The notes beneath the pieces were generated by a model, which saw only the letters and a program-made list of their open reading frames with translations, searched no databases and was not told where the DNA came from. DNA of 64,000 nucleotides from Thermofilaceae archaeon (lineage in GTDB: Archaea; Thermoproteota; Thermoprotei; Thermofilales; Thermofilaceae), in contig JAWCCZ010000001.1 of NCBI GenBank assembly GCA_038861545.1, forward strand, positions 1 to 64,000, given 5' to 3'. A program made the translations under genes and the position numbers. This document shows positions 29,774 through 39,167 of the stretch, piece after piece (the first letter of the stretch is position 1; every line of letters starts with the position of its first letter).

Positions 29774-30549
29774 TCAGCACGCGATGTGAAAGTTTTTTTA
29801 CTTTTCTTATCAATAAACAATAATTTGTGAAGAAATATAACATTTTCTCTAATTCTACTTGGAGATCTTTTGAACAATTTAGCTAAATAATAGAAACTAA
29901 TTTTTCCTTTTAATTCTACATAGAAAGCACTTATAACCAGTAATTGTGGGTCACGCCCTCCCAATCGTGGTCGCAGTTTTTCTAGCAGTGAGGCTACACG
30001 CTGCTTAGCTTCGATACTGATTTCAACGCCAGCCTTATGCAGATGTCCGTATACTATTTCAATATTTTCTGCGAATGAAGGTCTAGGTAGAAAATTAATT
30101 GAGTGCAAGAAAGCTATTGTTTTCATTACCTTACCAAAATGCGTTTTAACGCCTTTTTTAGCAAGGCTATTAAGGGCCAGCATAGCGGCTTTACGTGGAG
30201 GATACCCGTGTGTAATTAACGTTAAAGCTAGAGCTGTTGCAGCTATAGTATGCTGTGTATAGCGTGTGTATGGAATAAATTTTCTTAAAGCAAGAAACCA
30301 TAATCTTGCTTCAACGGGGTTTATTCTTAACTCCAGACATGAAGTTTCTAGCAGAAACTCAGAGTTTTTTAGCCTATAATAATAGTTATTACCCTTCAAT
30401 TTTTTACACTTCTTACGCCATTCAACAACTTCCTCTATATGTTCATCGAAAAGTTGTTCTATAACAAGGCCACAATTATAGCACACCAGGAAGCCATTGG
30501 CTTCGATGAGTTTAGGACTTCCGCACTCATCACAGGCTGTTGCCTTCAT
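29719..30549 (-). CDS. Divergent TFB (TFIIB)-family protein
   Basis: Zn ribbon CDEC..LVCYNCGLVIE, EWR, two cyclin-like repeats (IAATALAL; GRDPQLLVISAFYV), C-terminal HTH. Confidence 0.75.
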   Translation of the reverse strand: MKATACDECGSPKLIEANGFLVCYNCGLVIEQLFDEHIEEVVEWRKKCKKLKGNNYYYRLKNSEFLLETSCLELRINPVEARLWFLALRKFIPYTRYTQHTIAATALALTLITHGYPPRKAAMLALNSLAKKGVKTHFGKVMKTIAFLHSINFLPRPSFAENIEIVYGHLHKAGVEISIEAKQRVASLLEKLRPRLGGRDPQLLVISAFYVELKGKISFYYLAKLFKRSPSRIRENVIFLHKLLFIDKKSKKTFTSRADAAAGIRTRVLRRGRPAS

Positions 30550-30610
30550 CAAGTTCCACTGGCTTGAGAGAATACAAACTCTGAAGGTGAGACAAGGGGA
30601 GGGGGGTGAA

Positions 30611-30628
30611 CGCAAGTTTTATTAAAAT
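30611..30628 (+). promoter_or_regulatory. BRE/TATA-like element upstream of structured ncRNA
   Basis: CGCAAG-TTTTATTAAA about 25 nt before the hairpin at 30650. Confidence 0.55.
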
Positions 30629-30649
30629 GGTTATCGGCGTGAACCTAGA

Positions 30650-30747
30650 GCAGGGGCTTAATGCCACCTGGAGAGAGCGCGTAGAGCTTAGGGCGTCGTT
30701 CCGCCAAGCTGTGATAGCGCGTGTTAACAGGTGGCTACAGCCCCTGC
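30650..30747 (+). ncRNA. Probable single-hairpin H/ACA guide RNA with K-turn
   Basis: Lower stem GCCACCTG/CAGGTGGC followed by tACA; pocket GAGAGA/GTGTTAA; upper stem GCGC/GCGC; K-turn GA-GCTT/AAGC-TGT-GA; outer stem GCAGGGGCT/AGCCCCTGC; GC-rich island. Confidence 0.65.
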
Positions 30748-30812
30748 GTAAGAGTACGCGCTGCAATGCTTAAAAGGAGGAGTTTATCTTCCCTACAGCA
30801 GGGTGCTTAATA

Positions 30813-31985
30813 TTGGGAGGCTTACCAGTTAATGCTAAGTATGTGATAAATGCAAAGATTGAAGTTGAGGGTATAGTTGACAAACCCGATATAATAGGTG
30901 CATTATTCGGTCAGACCGAAGGATTACTTGGAGTAGACTTAGATTTGAGAGAGCTGCAGAATAGCGGGAAAATCGGCAGGATAGAGGTCAATTTAGTGAA
31001 GTCAGACAATAAAGTCAGAGGAGGTCTCAAAGTACCTTCCAACATGGGTAAAGTTGAGACGGCTCTCATAGCTGCTGCGTTAGAGATGATAGACCGAGTG
31101 GGACCTTATCAAGCAAAAGTGGAAGTTGTCAGGATAGAGGACATAAGGATCGAAAAAAGAAAAAAACTAGTAGAAAGAGCGAAAGAATTACTGCGTAAAT
31201 TTGAGGAAGAAGCACCTGAAGTTAGGGAGTTGATTGAAGAAGTTGAAAGTTCTCTCAAAGCTTCAGAGATGATACAGTATGGACCCGAAAGACTTCCTGC
31301 GGGACCCGAAGTGGAATCATCTGATACACTCATAGTTGTTGAAGGTAGGGCTGATGTGGCGAACTTGCTTAAACATGGTTACAAAAATGTCATAGCATTA
31401 GAGGGGGCAGCAACACCTCAAACGGTTGCTGAACTAGCTAAGCAGAAAAAAACTATATTATTTGTTGACGGGGATCGTGGTGGAGAATTAATTGCTAGGA
31501 ATTTAATCAATACAATTAGAATTGATTATATCGCCAGAGCCCCTCCGGGTCGGGAGGTAGAAGAGTTAACTGGAAAAGAGATAGCAAAGGCACTTAAGAA
31601 TAGGGTAGCTGCACAGGAGTTTTTAGCCACCATTAAGGCAGAGAAACAACCCTTTGAGCAAGTAGAACAACAGTTGATGGTCGCAACTATTCAGATACCT
31701 GAGAATATAATAGAAGAAGCTAAGAGTCTTAGAGGAACTTTAGAGGCGATACTATATGATGCTGAGTGGAAGCCAATTAAACGGGTAGCTGTAAGGGACT
31801 TACCTAGGGCCTTGGAAGAAACTAACGGAATAATCAATGTAATCTTCGATGGTCTTGTAACTCAGAGAATTGTGGACATTGCCTCTTCAAAAGGTATAAA
31901 GATGATAATTGGTGCAAGAATGGGCGATATTGTCCGGCTACCTGACAGTTTAACTGCTACAATAATAGACGATTTAATTAAATAA
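30813..31985 (+). CDS. dnaG: Archaeal DnaG (exosome-associated TOPRIM protein)
   Basis: DIIGALFGQTEGLLG, VVEGRADV, FVDGDRGG. Confidence 0.95.
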   Translation: MGGLPVNAKYVINAKIEVEGIVDKPDIIGALFGQTEGLLGVDLDLRELQNSGKIGRIEVNLVKSDNKVRGGLKVPSNMGKVETALIAAALEMIDRVGPYQAKVEVVRIEDIRIEKRKKLVERAKELLRKFEEEAPEVRELIEEVESSLKASEMIQYGPERLPAGPEVESSDTLIVVEGRADVANLLKHGYKNVIALEGAATPQTVAELAKQKKTILFVDGDRGGELIARNLINTIRIDYIARAPPGREVEELTGKEIAKALKNRVAAQEFLATIKAEKQPFEQVEQQLMVATIQIPENIIEEAKSLRGTLEAILYDAEWKPIKRVAVRDLPRALEETNGIINVIFDGLVTQRIVDIASSKGIKMIIGARMGDIVRLPDSLTATIIDDLIK

Positions 31986-32432
31986 ATTAACTTTAAATAA
32001 AATTTTTATGAAAATTTATTGAAGAAAGATCTCTACCTGAGGATCCTTAGAAGAATATAAGGTCACCGTAAGGGGATACTTTTACTGTTATTATGGAGTT
32101 TGAGAATGCTTTTAGGGGTGCGGTAGCTAATTCTTCAGAGATTATGTCATGGCTTTAATCCTGGCCCATGTGTATGGTGCATGCTGAAGTCTTATACTCT
32201 TAAAAATAATTGTGAAACAGGAAGAGTGTTGCGATCCTGATAACGGAGCGCGAGAAACACCTTACATTCCAACTTGCCCTAGAGAGGGTGAAGTCTAGCA
32301 AGCTAGGAACGGAGTGTAATGTACAAGGTGTTGGACCCTGTTTGTCATGTCTATAATGTACCAGAGCTAAGCTTAATGCTAGTATACTCCAGGTTTCATA
32401 AGGCTTAAAAACACGACATGACACAGTGCTTG

Positions 32433-33029
32433 ATGTCTGAGTCTGAACTGAAAACATTAAGCGGGGAAAAAATCCTGATATTTGGGAAATGGGATTTAAG
32501 CGAAGTAAAAGTTAGAGATAGGAGCCTTGAACCGTATATTTGCTTAAGGCCGACGCTCGCACCTCATAGCGAAGGGAGACATGAGAAGGCTAGGTTCATG
32601 AAAGCTAAAGTGTGTATAGTAGAGCGTTTAATAAACCAAGTTATGCGACCTGGAAGAAATGCAGGCAAAAAAATGCTTGCTACCAACATTGTTAAGCGAA
32701 CATTACAGATTATAGAATTAAAAACAGATCAAAACCCTGTTCAAGTTCTAGTTTGGGCTATAGAGAACGCATCACCTAGAGAAGAGACGACCAGGGTAGT
32801 TTATGGAGGGATTCTCTACCATATATCAGTAGATGTTTCACCTCAAAGAAGAGTAGACTTAGCACTCAGATTTATATGTGAGGGAGCGAGGAATACATCT
32901 TTTAACAATCCAAAACCAATAGAAGAATGCCTTGCGGACGAGATCATAGCCACTGCTTACGGAGATCCTTCGAGTTACGCTATACGGAGAAAAGAGGAAA
33001 TCGAAAGAATAGCTCTAGCCGCTAGGTAG
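32433..33029 (+). CDS. rps7: Ribosomal protein S7
   Basis: [38 protein letters not shown]. Confidence 0.97.
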   Translation: MSESELKTLSGEKILIFGKWDLSEVKVRDRSLEPYICLRPTLAPHSEGRHEKARFMKAKVCIVERLINQVMRPGRNAGKKMLATNIVKRTLQIIELKTDQNPVQVLVWAIENASPREETTRVVYGGILYHISVDVSPQRRVDLALRFICEGARNTSFNNPKPIEECLADEIIATAYGDPSSYAIRRKEEIERIALAAR

Positions 33030-33040
33030 ACTTAAGTAAA

Positions 33041-34486
33041 CTATCCTTTGACGACAGAGATAGGAATTAACCTTACAATTCTCTTAGCGATTCCAGTCCT
33101 ATCCGCTATTTCGGCAACTCTATCCACATCCTTATAAGCTCCAGGAGCTTCTTCTGCAACAACCGCCAAGCTGGCCGCTCGCACAACTATTCCCCTTCTT
33201 TCCAGAGTTTCTGCTATACTGCTTCCCCTATACTCCCTTTTAGCGGCTTCGCGGCTCAGTACTCTTCCTGCTCCATGCGGAGCAGAACCAAAAGTTAACT
33301 CCATAGATTTAGTCGTCCCAACAAGTATATAAGATGCAGTTCCCATGGAGCCAGGAATAAGCACTGGTTGCCCAATACTTCTGTATTTCTGTGTTACTAA
33401 CGCGTGTCCTGGTGGAAAAGCCCGTGTTGCACCTTTCCTGTGAACATATACAAGTTTTCGAATCCCCTCCACTATATGCTCTTCAAGTTTTGCAATATTA
33501 TGCGCTACATCATAAATGATATGCATGCCTAGGCTATCTGCAGACCTGCCGAGAACTTTCGAGAAAACTTCACGAGTCCAATGTGTTATTATCTGCCTAT
33601 TAGCCCAAGCAAAGTTAGCCGCGGCTTTCATTGCTGCAAAATAGTCTTCGGCTTCTCTACTTTTAGCTGGTACAGAAACCAATTCCCTATCGGGAAGGGG
33701 CATATTATATTTCCTTGAAGCCACCTCCATTACCTTAAGGTAATCGCTGCAGACTTGGTGGCCAAGTCCCCTTGAACCTGTGTGCACCATAACCGTGACT
33801 TGCCCTATATGAGTTATTCCGAGTGTTTCAGCAACCTTGGGATCATATATCTTATCTACAACTTGTATTTCTAGGAAATGGTTACCGCTACCAAGGGTTC
33901 CTAATTGTCCCCTGCCACGGTCTTTCGCTACTCCTGATACTTTCATTGGATCAGCCCCCTCCATTGACCCTCTCTCCTCAGTGTATTCAGGGTCTTCATT
34001 CCACCCGTAGCCTCTTTCAACAGCCCATTCAGCCCCCTCAGCCAACACCCTATCAAGCTCTGGCATGCTAAGACTAAACTTACCTTTGGATCCAAGCCCT
34101 GAAGGTATATGTTTAAACAAGTATTCCGCAAGATCCTTTAAATGAGGTTTTATTTCCTCATAGGTTAGCTCAGTTCTAAGTATCCGAACGCCGCAGTTAA
34201 TATCATAGCCAACTCCACCTGGACTAAGAACACCCTCTTCACAGTCAAATGCTGCTACCCCACCTATAGGAAACCCATAGCCCTGATGCCCATCAGGAAG
34301 CACTATTGAATACTTGTAGATTCCAGGTAGCATGGCAACATTGGCAGCTTGTTCCAAAGTAAGATCGCTTTGCATTTTCTGTAGCAGGAGTTCGTCAGCA
34401 AATACTCGTGCAGGAACTCTCATTCCTCTTTTATAGTTTTGCGGGATTTCCCAGACAACATCCTCAAGTCTCTTGAGGACTACCAT
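33041..34486 (-). CDS. rtcB: tRNA-splicing ligase RtcB
   Basis: PDGHQGYGFPIG, GYDINCG, GSGNHF, HRKGAT, HGAGR. Confidence 0.97.
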   Translation of the reverse strand: MVVLKRLEDVVWEIPQNYKRGMRVPARVFADELLLQKMQSDLTLEQAANVAMLPGIYKYSIVLPDGHQGYGFPIGGVAAFDCEEGVLSPGGVGYDINCGVRILRTELTYEEIKPHLKDLAEYLFKHIPSGLGSKGKFSLSMPELDRVLAEGAEWAVERGYGWNEDPEYTEERGSMEGADPMKVSGVAKDRGRGQLGTLGSGNHFLEIQVVDKIYDPKVAETLGITHIGQVTVMVHTGSRGLGHQVCSDYLKVMEVASRKYNMPLPDRELVSVPAKSREAEDYFAAMKAAANFAWANRQIITHWTREVFSKVLGRSADSLGMHIIYDVAHNIAKLEEHIVEGIRKLVYVHRKGATRAFPPGHALVTQKYRSIGQPVLIPGSMGTASYILVGTTKSMELTFGSAPHGAGRVLSREAAKREYRGSSIAETLERRGIVVRAASLAVVAEEAPGAYKDVDRVAEIADRTGIAKRIVRLIPISVVKG

Positions 34487-34551
34487 AAGTATCGTTTTTT
34501 AGAAGTTCTATTATTTAAAAACATTTTTATTGTGAAAAAATAAAAATTCTT

Positions 34552-34938
34552 ATGCAAGCATTTTTAAAAAGAAGGGTGACTAGGGAGGAGCTTCTAATGA
34601 TAGATAAAGATCTTGGAATAGAGTTTGAAGAGGCGAGACCAAAGGATCTAGTAGCCGTTTATGAGGAAGAAGGTGAATGCACTTATACAATAGTGGAGGA
34701 AGTACCCTTAAACATTTTAAGAAAGATATTAAGTCCAGGGATTATCGAGCTACTTGAAGTGCTCAAAACTTATAAGAATGTGAATCTAAGTGATACGGCT
34801 AGATTACTTAATAGATCGCCGTCAAATGTTTACGTGGATCTTAAGCTACTCGCGATGCATCGTATAATTCACCTCGAAAAACTTGGAAAACAAGTTATAC
34901 CATATTTACTGCTCGATGAAATAAAAGTAATACCATGA
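34552..34938 (+). CDS. Predicted HTH transcriptional regulator
   Basis: LSPGIIELL..NLSDTARLLNRSPSNVYVDLKLL winged HTH. Confidence 0.75.
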   Translation: MQAFLKRRVTREELLMIDKDLGIEFEEARPKDLVAVYEEEGECTYTIVEEVPLNILRKILSPGIIELLEVLKTYKNVNLSDTARLLNRSPSNVYVDLKLLAMHRIIHLEKLGKQVIPYLLLDEIKVIP

Positions 34939-35098
34939 AGAGCTTCTCGCAGAATTTACTCGGTACATTAATAAAAGGGTCCGTTGAGGTGCATTTCCTC
35001 ATCAATCAGTGCAGGTCAATATCTTCATTCAAGTACTGTAATTGACAGCTGACTTTATACTTTTCGATACATTAGCGAAGATGAAGTTGAACAACTAA

Positions 35099-35193
35099 TG
35101 GGCCCGCCGGGATTTGAACCCGGGACCTCCCGCGCACTGAGCAGGATTGGCCTACTCGTCAGGCGGGCATCCTAGCCGCTAGACTACGGGCCC
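35099..35193 (-). tRNA. tRNA-Val(GAC) with 22-nt canonical 37/38 intron (35135-35156)
   Basis: Reverse strand GGGCCCG acceptor, CCCGC-CTGACG^C-GCGGG; BHB with CTGA/TCAG helix. Confidence 0.95.
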
Positions 35194-35258
35194 TTTACAC
35201 ACACCGGTATTCTTTGAGGGTTATATTGTTTACCTGCAGTATTGATATAATTTATTGG

Positions 35259-35690
35259 CTATATATCTACTACAAACCTTACAACAACTTTACTATTTTT
35301 TGAAGAAATCTCCATTAAGTGATAAGTTACTGCTTTAACTAGAGTTCTGGACTCATGCTTCTCACCACTGTACTGCTCGCCTGCTGCAATACCATATAGC
35401 TTGAAGATCTCTTCTTTCTTCTCTATTTTTTCAACTTTAAATTTAGAGAAAAGAATTTGCTCTGTATCGAATAGTATTAATAATTTTTCGATCCAGTTGT
35501 ACAGTAAAGATTCAAGGTCACCCCCCTCTACTTCGATCCGTTTTTCTTCTTCCGGCTTGACAAGCGACGTATTTGTCATTACCTCGAAAACTCCTAAAGC
35601 AGCATACTCAAAAGCTTCCTCTATACTATCACCCCAAGCTTCTATCAGTACATCTGCAGTGTGTGAAAGGTGTTTAAACCCCCCCGTCAT
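35259..35690 (-). CDS. Archease (RtcB cofactor)
   Basis: HTADV, LLYNWI, VKAVTYH, C-terminal DI. Confidence 0.95.
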   Translation of the reverse strand: MTGGFKHLSHTADVLIEAWGDSIEEAFEYAALGVFEVMTNTSLVKPEEEKRIEVEGGDLESLLYNWIEKLLILFDTEQILFSKFKVEKIEKKEEIFKLYGIAAGEQYSGEKHESRTLVKAVTYHLMEISSKNSKVVVRFVVDI

Positions 35691-35759
35691 AGCTCAACAT
35701 ATTTCCTTACAAGTCATTATCTTTAAAACCATGTCACAACTTCCCATGATGAGATTTCG

Positions 35760-36872
35760 ATGGACGTGAGCGGAATCTTTGATCTAATAACGTTTCTTGT
35801 AGTGTTGACCTTCTTCTCATACATATCGAGAGAACTTGAAATCCGCCGTATAATTAATGAAGTGGAGTTTTACCTGACCTTATTTAAAGCAGCTAGAGAT
35901 CGTGCTACTCAGTCCGTTACTAGAAAGTTCAATGAAGTAATAGCTAGAGCGCAACGCCGTGTTAACCTGAATATAGTTGAAGAGAAAGTTAGAGATCTGT
36001 TAGAAACTTTTGCTATAGAACCGGAAGCTTTAGATCCTTTTGGAGTGGTCAAGAAAGTGAAGTTGATGTTAAGAACAGAAGAGGCTGCTATTAAGAATGA
36101 AATTTCCCGCGTTGCCCCTAATGCCGATAAAAGTGAAGTAGAAGTTTTGACTGGCATGGTGGAAGTTTCAAGAGGACTTAATCTACTGTATAAAACTATC
36201 AACCATCTCTACATTCAAGCAAAGAAATTTAAAAGTTACTGGATGCTATTGCAATTGGATGCGCTCTTACCTTATATTGCTGATGAGGTTAAAGCATACG
36301 AGAGTGCAATCTATGCTTTAACAAGTCGAGTTCCAATCGGCGACTCTGTGGGACCATTGCTAGTAGCGCTGCTTTCAAAAGAGTTAAAAGCGATTCCTAT
36401 CCAGGTAGACGTTAACGATACAACCATATACTTAACTGATTTCGAAGGTCGTCAAGTATTGTTGGTAAAAGCTGAAGGGCCTGGAAGCAGTGTGGGCAGA
36501 TATGATGAAGCATTAAAAAGGTTATTGACAACATGGGGGGCAGCAGTTACTTTAGTTATAACTGTGGATGCAGCTCTAAAGCTTGAAGGGGAAATAAGTG
36601 GTGGGTTAGCTGAAGGCTATGGTGTAGCGATTGGAGGCACCGGCGTGGAGAAGTATGGAATTGAAGAAGTATTAGCGGAATATGGCCTGCGGCCTTATGC
36701 ACTTATCATAAAAATGGCATCCGAGGAGGCATTATCTCCACTTTCTAAAGATTTGTATGATGCATGTATGAAAGCTAAAGAGAGAGTAAAAGCCATGATC
36801 CTAGAAGCTACCAAGTATGGCGAAGCAGTAATTGTAATAGGAGTTGGGAATACTTTGGGTGTTGGTAACTAA
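35760..36872 (+). CDS. DUF1512 family protein
   Basis: N-terminal TM, LDPFG, PIGDSVGPL, KAEGPG, VDAALKLEGE, GVGNTLGV. Confidence 0.85.
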   Translation: MDVSGIFDLITFLVVLTFFSYISRELEIRRIINEVEFYLTLFKAARDRATQSVTRKFNEVIARAQRRVNLNIVEEKVRDLLETFAIEPEALDPFGVVKKVKLMLRTEEAAIKNEISRVAPNADKSEVEVLTGMVEVSRGLNLLYKTINHLYIQAKKFKSYWMLLQLDALLPYIADEVKAYESAIYALTSRVPIGDSVGPLLVALLSKELKAIPIQVDVNDTTIYLTDFEGRQVLLVKAEGPGSSVGRYDEALKRLLTTWGAAVTLVITVDAALKLEGEISGGLAEGYGVAIGGTGVEKYGIEEVLAEYGLRPYALIIKMASEEALSPLSKDLYDACMKAKERVKAMILEATKYGEAVIVIGVGNTLGVGN

Positions 36873-36899
36873 TTTCAACTTAAATTTACGGTGTAGCAA

Positions 36900-37832
36900 T
36901 CACTGTTTAAATAGTTCTAGAACATTTGTAGTATTTAAAACTCCTTTCTGGGTTAGAACTAAGGTATCTTCAAACTGAGCTACTATTCCATTTCCTGCTT
37001 CTCTCAATACAGGGTAAAATTGAATCCTTCGCTTTGAGACAAGCTTCCTAAGCGCGTCTATACCACTTTCACCCCATTCCCTGTAAACCCATCTTTCTGA
37101 GAACGGTAGTCCCCTGTATCGACGCCAGAGTTCTCTAAGCAAGAAGTCAAGATAATCGTCACCCGTAACCTTCAAAGCTAACACCCTGTATATAGTACCT
37201 TCTTCTTCCTCTATTACATAACCCCTTCCATTTGTCACAAATGGTTCAACTGCGTATACTTCGCCGGTATTCGCTTTACCGCACACCCCAGAACGTACGT
37301 TTGGTACGCACTTACCCGAGTGGAGTAAGTATCTCGACATGGAGTGTCCACTTAGGTTTTTTATGGGTTTGAACCCCGCCGTAGTAACCGCTATTTCAAT
37401 TCTTTTACCAACCTCGCCCAGGTCTACTCCGGGTCTTAAGACTTGTTCTGCCTCTCGAAGAGCCTTCTTTGCGGTTTCAACTAATGGAGTGTGAGATAAG
37501 CCCAATGTAATAGTAATTGCCGCATCGGCAATGAAGCCATCTATACTAGCTCCTAGGTCGATTTTTACTACAGCGGGAAGCTGTAAAATGACCTGGTCTT
37601 TAACCTTGGGTGAGTAGTGCGCGGCAATATCGTTCACTGAAATATTTACTGGGAATGCCGGTTCAGCTCCAAGTTGTCTAACATAGTTCTCCAAGTCCTC
37701 TGCGAGATGAAGCAATAAGGATCCTTCATCAATTATATCTATAGCCTTTCCTAAAGCTTTATGGGCCACCTCTCCTGCTGCTACCCATTTTTCTAGTTCC
37801 TCACTCACGAGGTTACTTATAAGGGGAAGCAA
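36900..37832 (-). CDS. map: Methionine aminopeptidase type II
   Basis: AFPVNIS, AAHY, KIDLG, LSGH, AVEPF, AQFE. Confidence 0.95.
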   Translation of the reverse strand: MLPLISNLVSEELEKWVAAGEVAHKALGKAIDIIDEGSLLLHLAEDLENYVRQLGAEPAFPVNISVNDIAAHYSPKVKDQVILQLPAVVKIDLGASIDGFIADAAITITLGLSHTPLVETAKKALREAEQVLRPGVDLGEVGKRIEIAVTTAGFKPIKNLSGHSMSRYLLHSGKCVPNVRSGVCGKANTGEVYAVEPFVTNGRGYVIEEEEGTIYRVLALKVTGDDYLDFLLRELWRRYRGLPFSERWVYREWGESGIDALRKLVSKRRIQFYPVLREAGNGIVAQFEDTLVLTQKGVLNTTNVLELFKQ

Positions 37833-37861
37833 AATATATTCCTCATCTAGCGAGAAACCGT

Positions 37862-38503
37862 ATGGGATTGGAGGAATCGATTGAAGAAGTGCGCAAATTA
37901 CTTGAAAACGAGGATGAAGTAAGAGAAAGGATTCTTTCTTTAACTAGGGAAATTATTAGAGGAGCTAGGCGAATAGTGTTTAAAGTTCATGGAGGAGATA
38001 TAGTATCTGCCGAAAAGGAACTTACGGAAACTGAGAAGTATGTGAGTGAGCTAGAGAAGTATAAGTTTCTCCATCCCCGACTTTTCTATACCGGGTCCGT
38101 TAGTGCCGCATTGGTCGAGTATGTGGAGGCACGTTTAATACTTGAGTATGAGAAAACGGATAAGCTTCCTAGTTTTGAGGAGCTTAAGGTAGAGCCGGTG
38201 CACTATTTGCTAGGTCTTGCAGACTTTGGAGGGGAGCTAAGACGACTAATGGTCAGGTGTCTTAGCACAGGCGATTATTCGGGAGCCGTGCGGGCGCTGA
38301 AGATAATGGAAAAAGTCTACAAGGGATTAATCACTCTAGCGCTTCCGGATGCATTAGTACCGGGATTGCGTAGAAAGGTCGATATTCTTCGAGGAGTTTT
38401 TGAAAGCTCAATGCGAGATCTATTATACTACAGTATTAGCAATGATGTAGAAAATTCTATAAGAGATCTCATAAAAATTCTTAAAAATGAAAGAGAGATT
38501 TAA
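37862..38503 (+). CDS. Translin family protein
   Basis: EYVEA, YLLGLADFGGELRR, LRRKVD. Confidence 0.88.
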   Translation: MGLEESIEEVRKLLENEDEVRERILSLTREIIRGARRIVFKVHGGDIVSAEKELTETEKYVSELEKYKFLHPRLFYTGSVSAALVEYVEARLILEYEKTDKLPSFEELKVEPVHYLLGLADFGGELRRLMVRCLSTGDYSGAVRALKIMEKVYKGLITLALPDALVPGLRRKVDILRGVFESSMRDLLYYSISNDVENSIRDLIKILKNEREI

Positions 38504-39167
38504 CCGAAGTTTCATCAACATAAATAGACTTAGGACAGCTCAAAAAATAATATCGGAAAAAGTCATCGAAGTAGACGTCTTGCCACCACATATTGAGTTA
38601 GTCTGTGGCGTAGATATAGCTTACACAGGTAACCTAGCGGTTTCGGCAGCAGTGACTGTAGATACTCATAGGCTTACTCCAGTAAGCAAAGCAACAGCCA
38701 TCCTAGAGGTAAAGTTCCCGTATATACCAACCCTTTTAGCTTTCAGGGAAGCTGGTCCGATGATAGTAGCTATCCGCAGACTTAAAACTCACCCACAAGT
38801 CATTATAGTTGACGGCAACGGCAGGCTTCATCCATTCGGAGCTGGTGTGGCATCTCAGGTCGGCCTAGCCCTGAACTTACCAACAATTGGAGTTGCGAAG
38901 AAACTCTTATGTGGAAACATTAGTGAATGGGAAGGTGAAATTGCACCGATTTTACTCGAAGGGAGAACTGTTGGCGTTGCACTTAAAATGTCTAGCAACA
39001 GTAAACCAATATACGTTAGTGTAGGCCATATGATATCTCTCACTACAGCAGTAAAACTTGTCAAGCAGTTAACCCGAGCTGGTTTTCGATTACCTGAGCC
39101 ATTGAGGCTTGCCCATATAGAAGCTACAAACCTGGCTCGTTGTTTAAAAGCAGTTTCACAATGTTAG
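38487..39167 (+). CDS. nfi: Endonuclease V
   Basis: GVDIAY, FPYIPTLLAFRE, VDGNGRLHP, GVAK, PEPLRLAH. Confidence 0.95.
   Translation: MKERFNRSFININRLRTAQKIISEKVIEVDVLPPHIELVCGVDIAYTGNLAVSAAVTVDTHRLTPVSKATAILEVKFPYIPTLLAFREAGPMIVAIRRLKTHPQVIIVDGNGRLHPFGAGVASQVGLALNLPTIGVAKKLLCGNISEWEGEIAPILLEGRTVGVALKMSSNSKPIYVSVGHMISLTTAVKLVKQLTRAGFRLPEPLRLAHIEATNLARCLKAVSQC

Noticed and set aside
31986-32432. About 450-nt intergenic region with coding-like composition and a TTGAAGA...CTGA box-like pair
   Set aside because: No recognisable protein in any frame and no complete C/D box set or convincing rRNA complementarity; possibly a decayed gene
34935-35098. Possible PIN-toxin remnant (VL*LTADFILF) after the HTH gene
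   Set aside because: A single short motif with an internal stop is too weak to call a pseudogene
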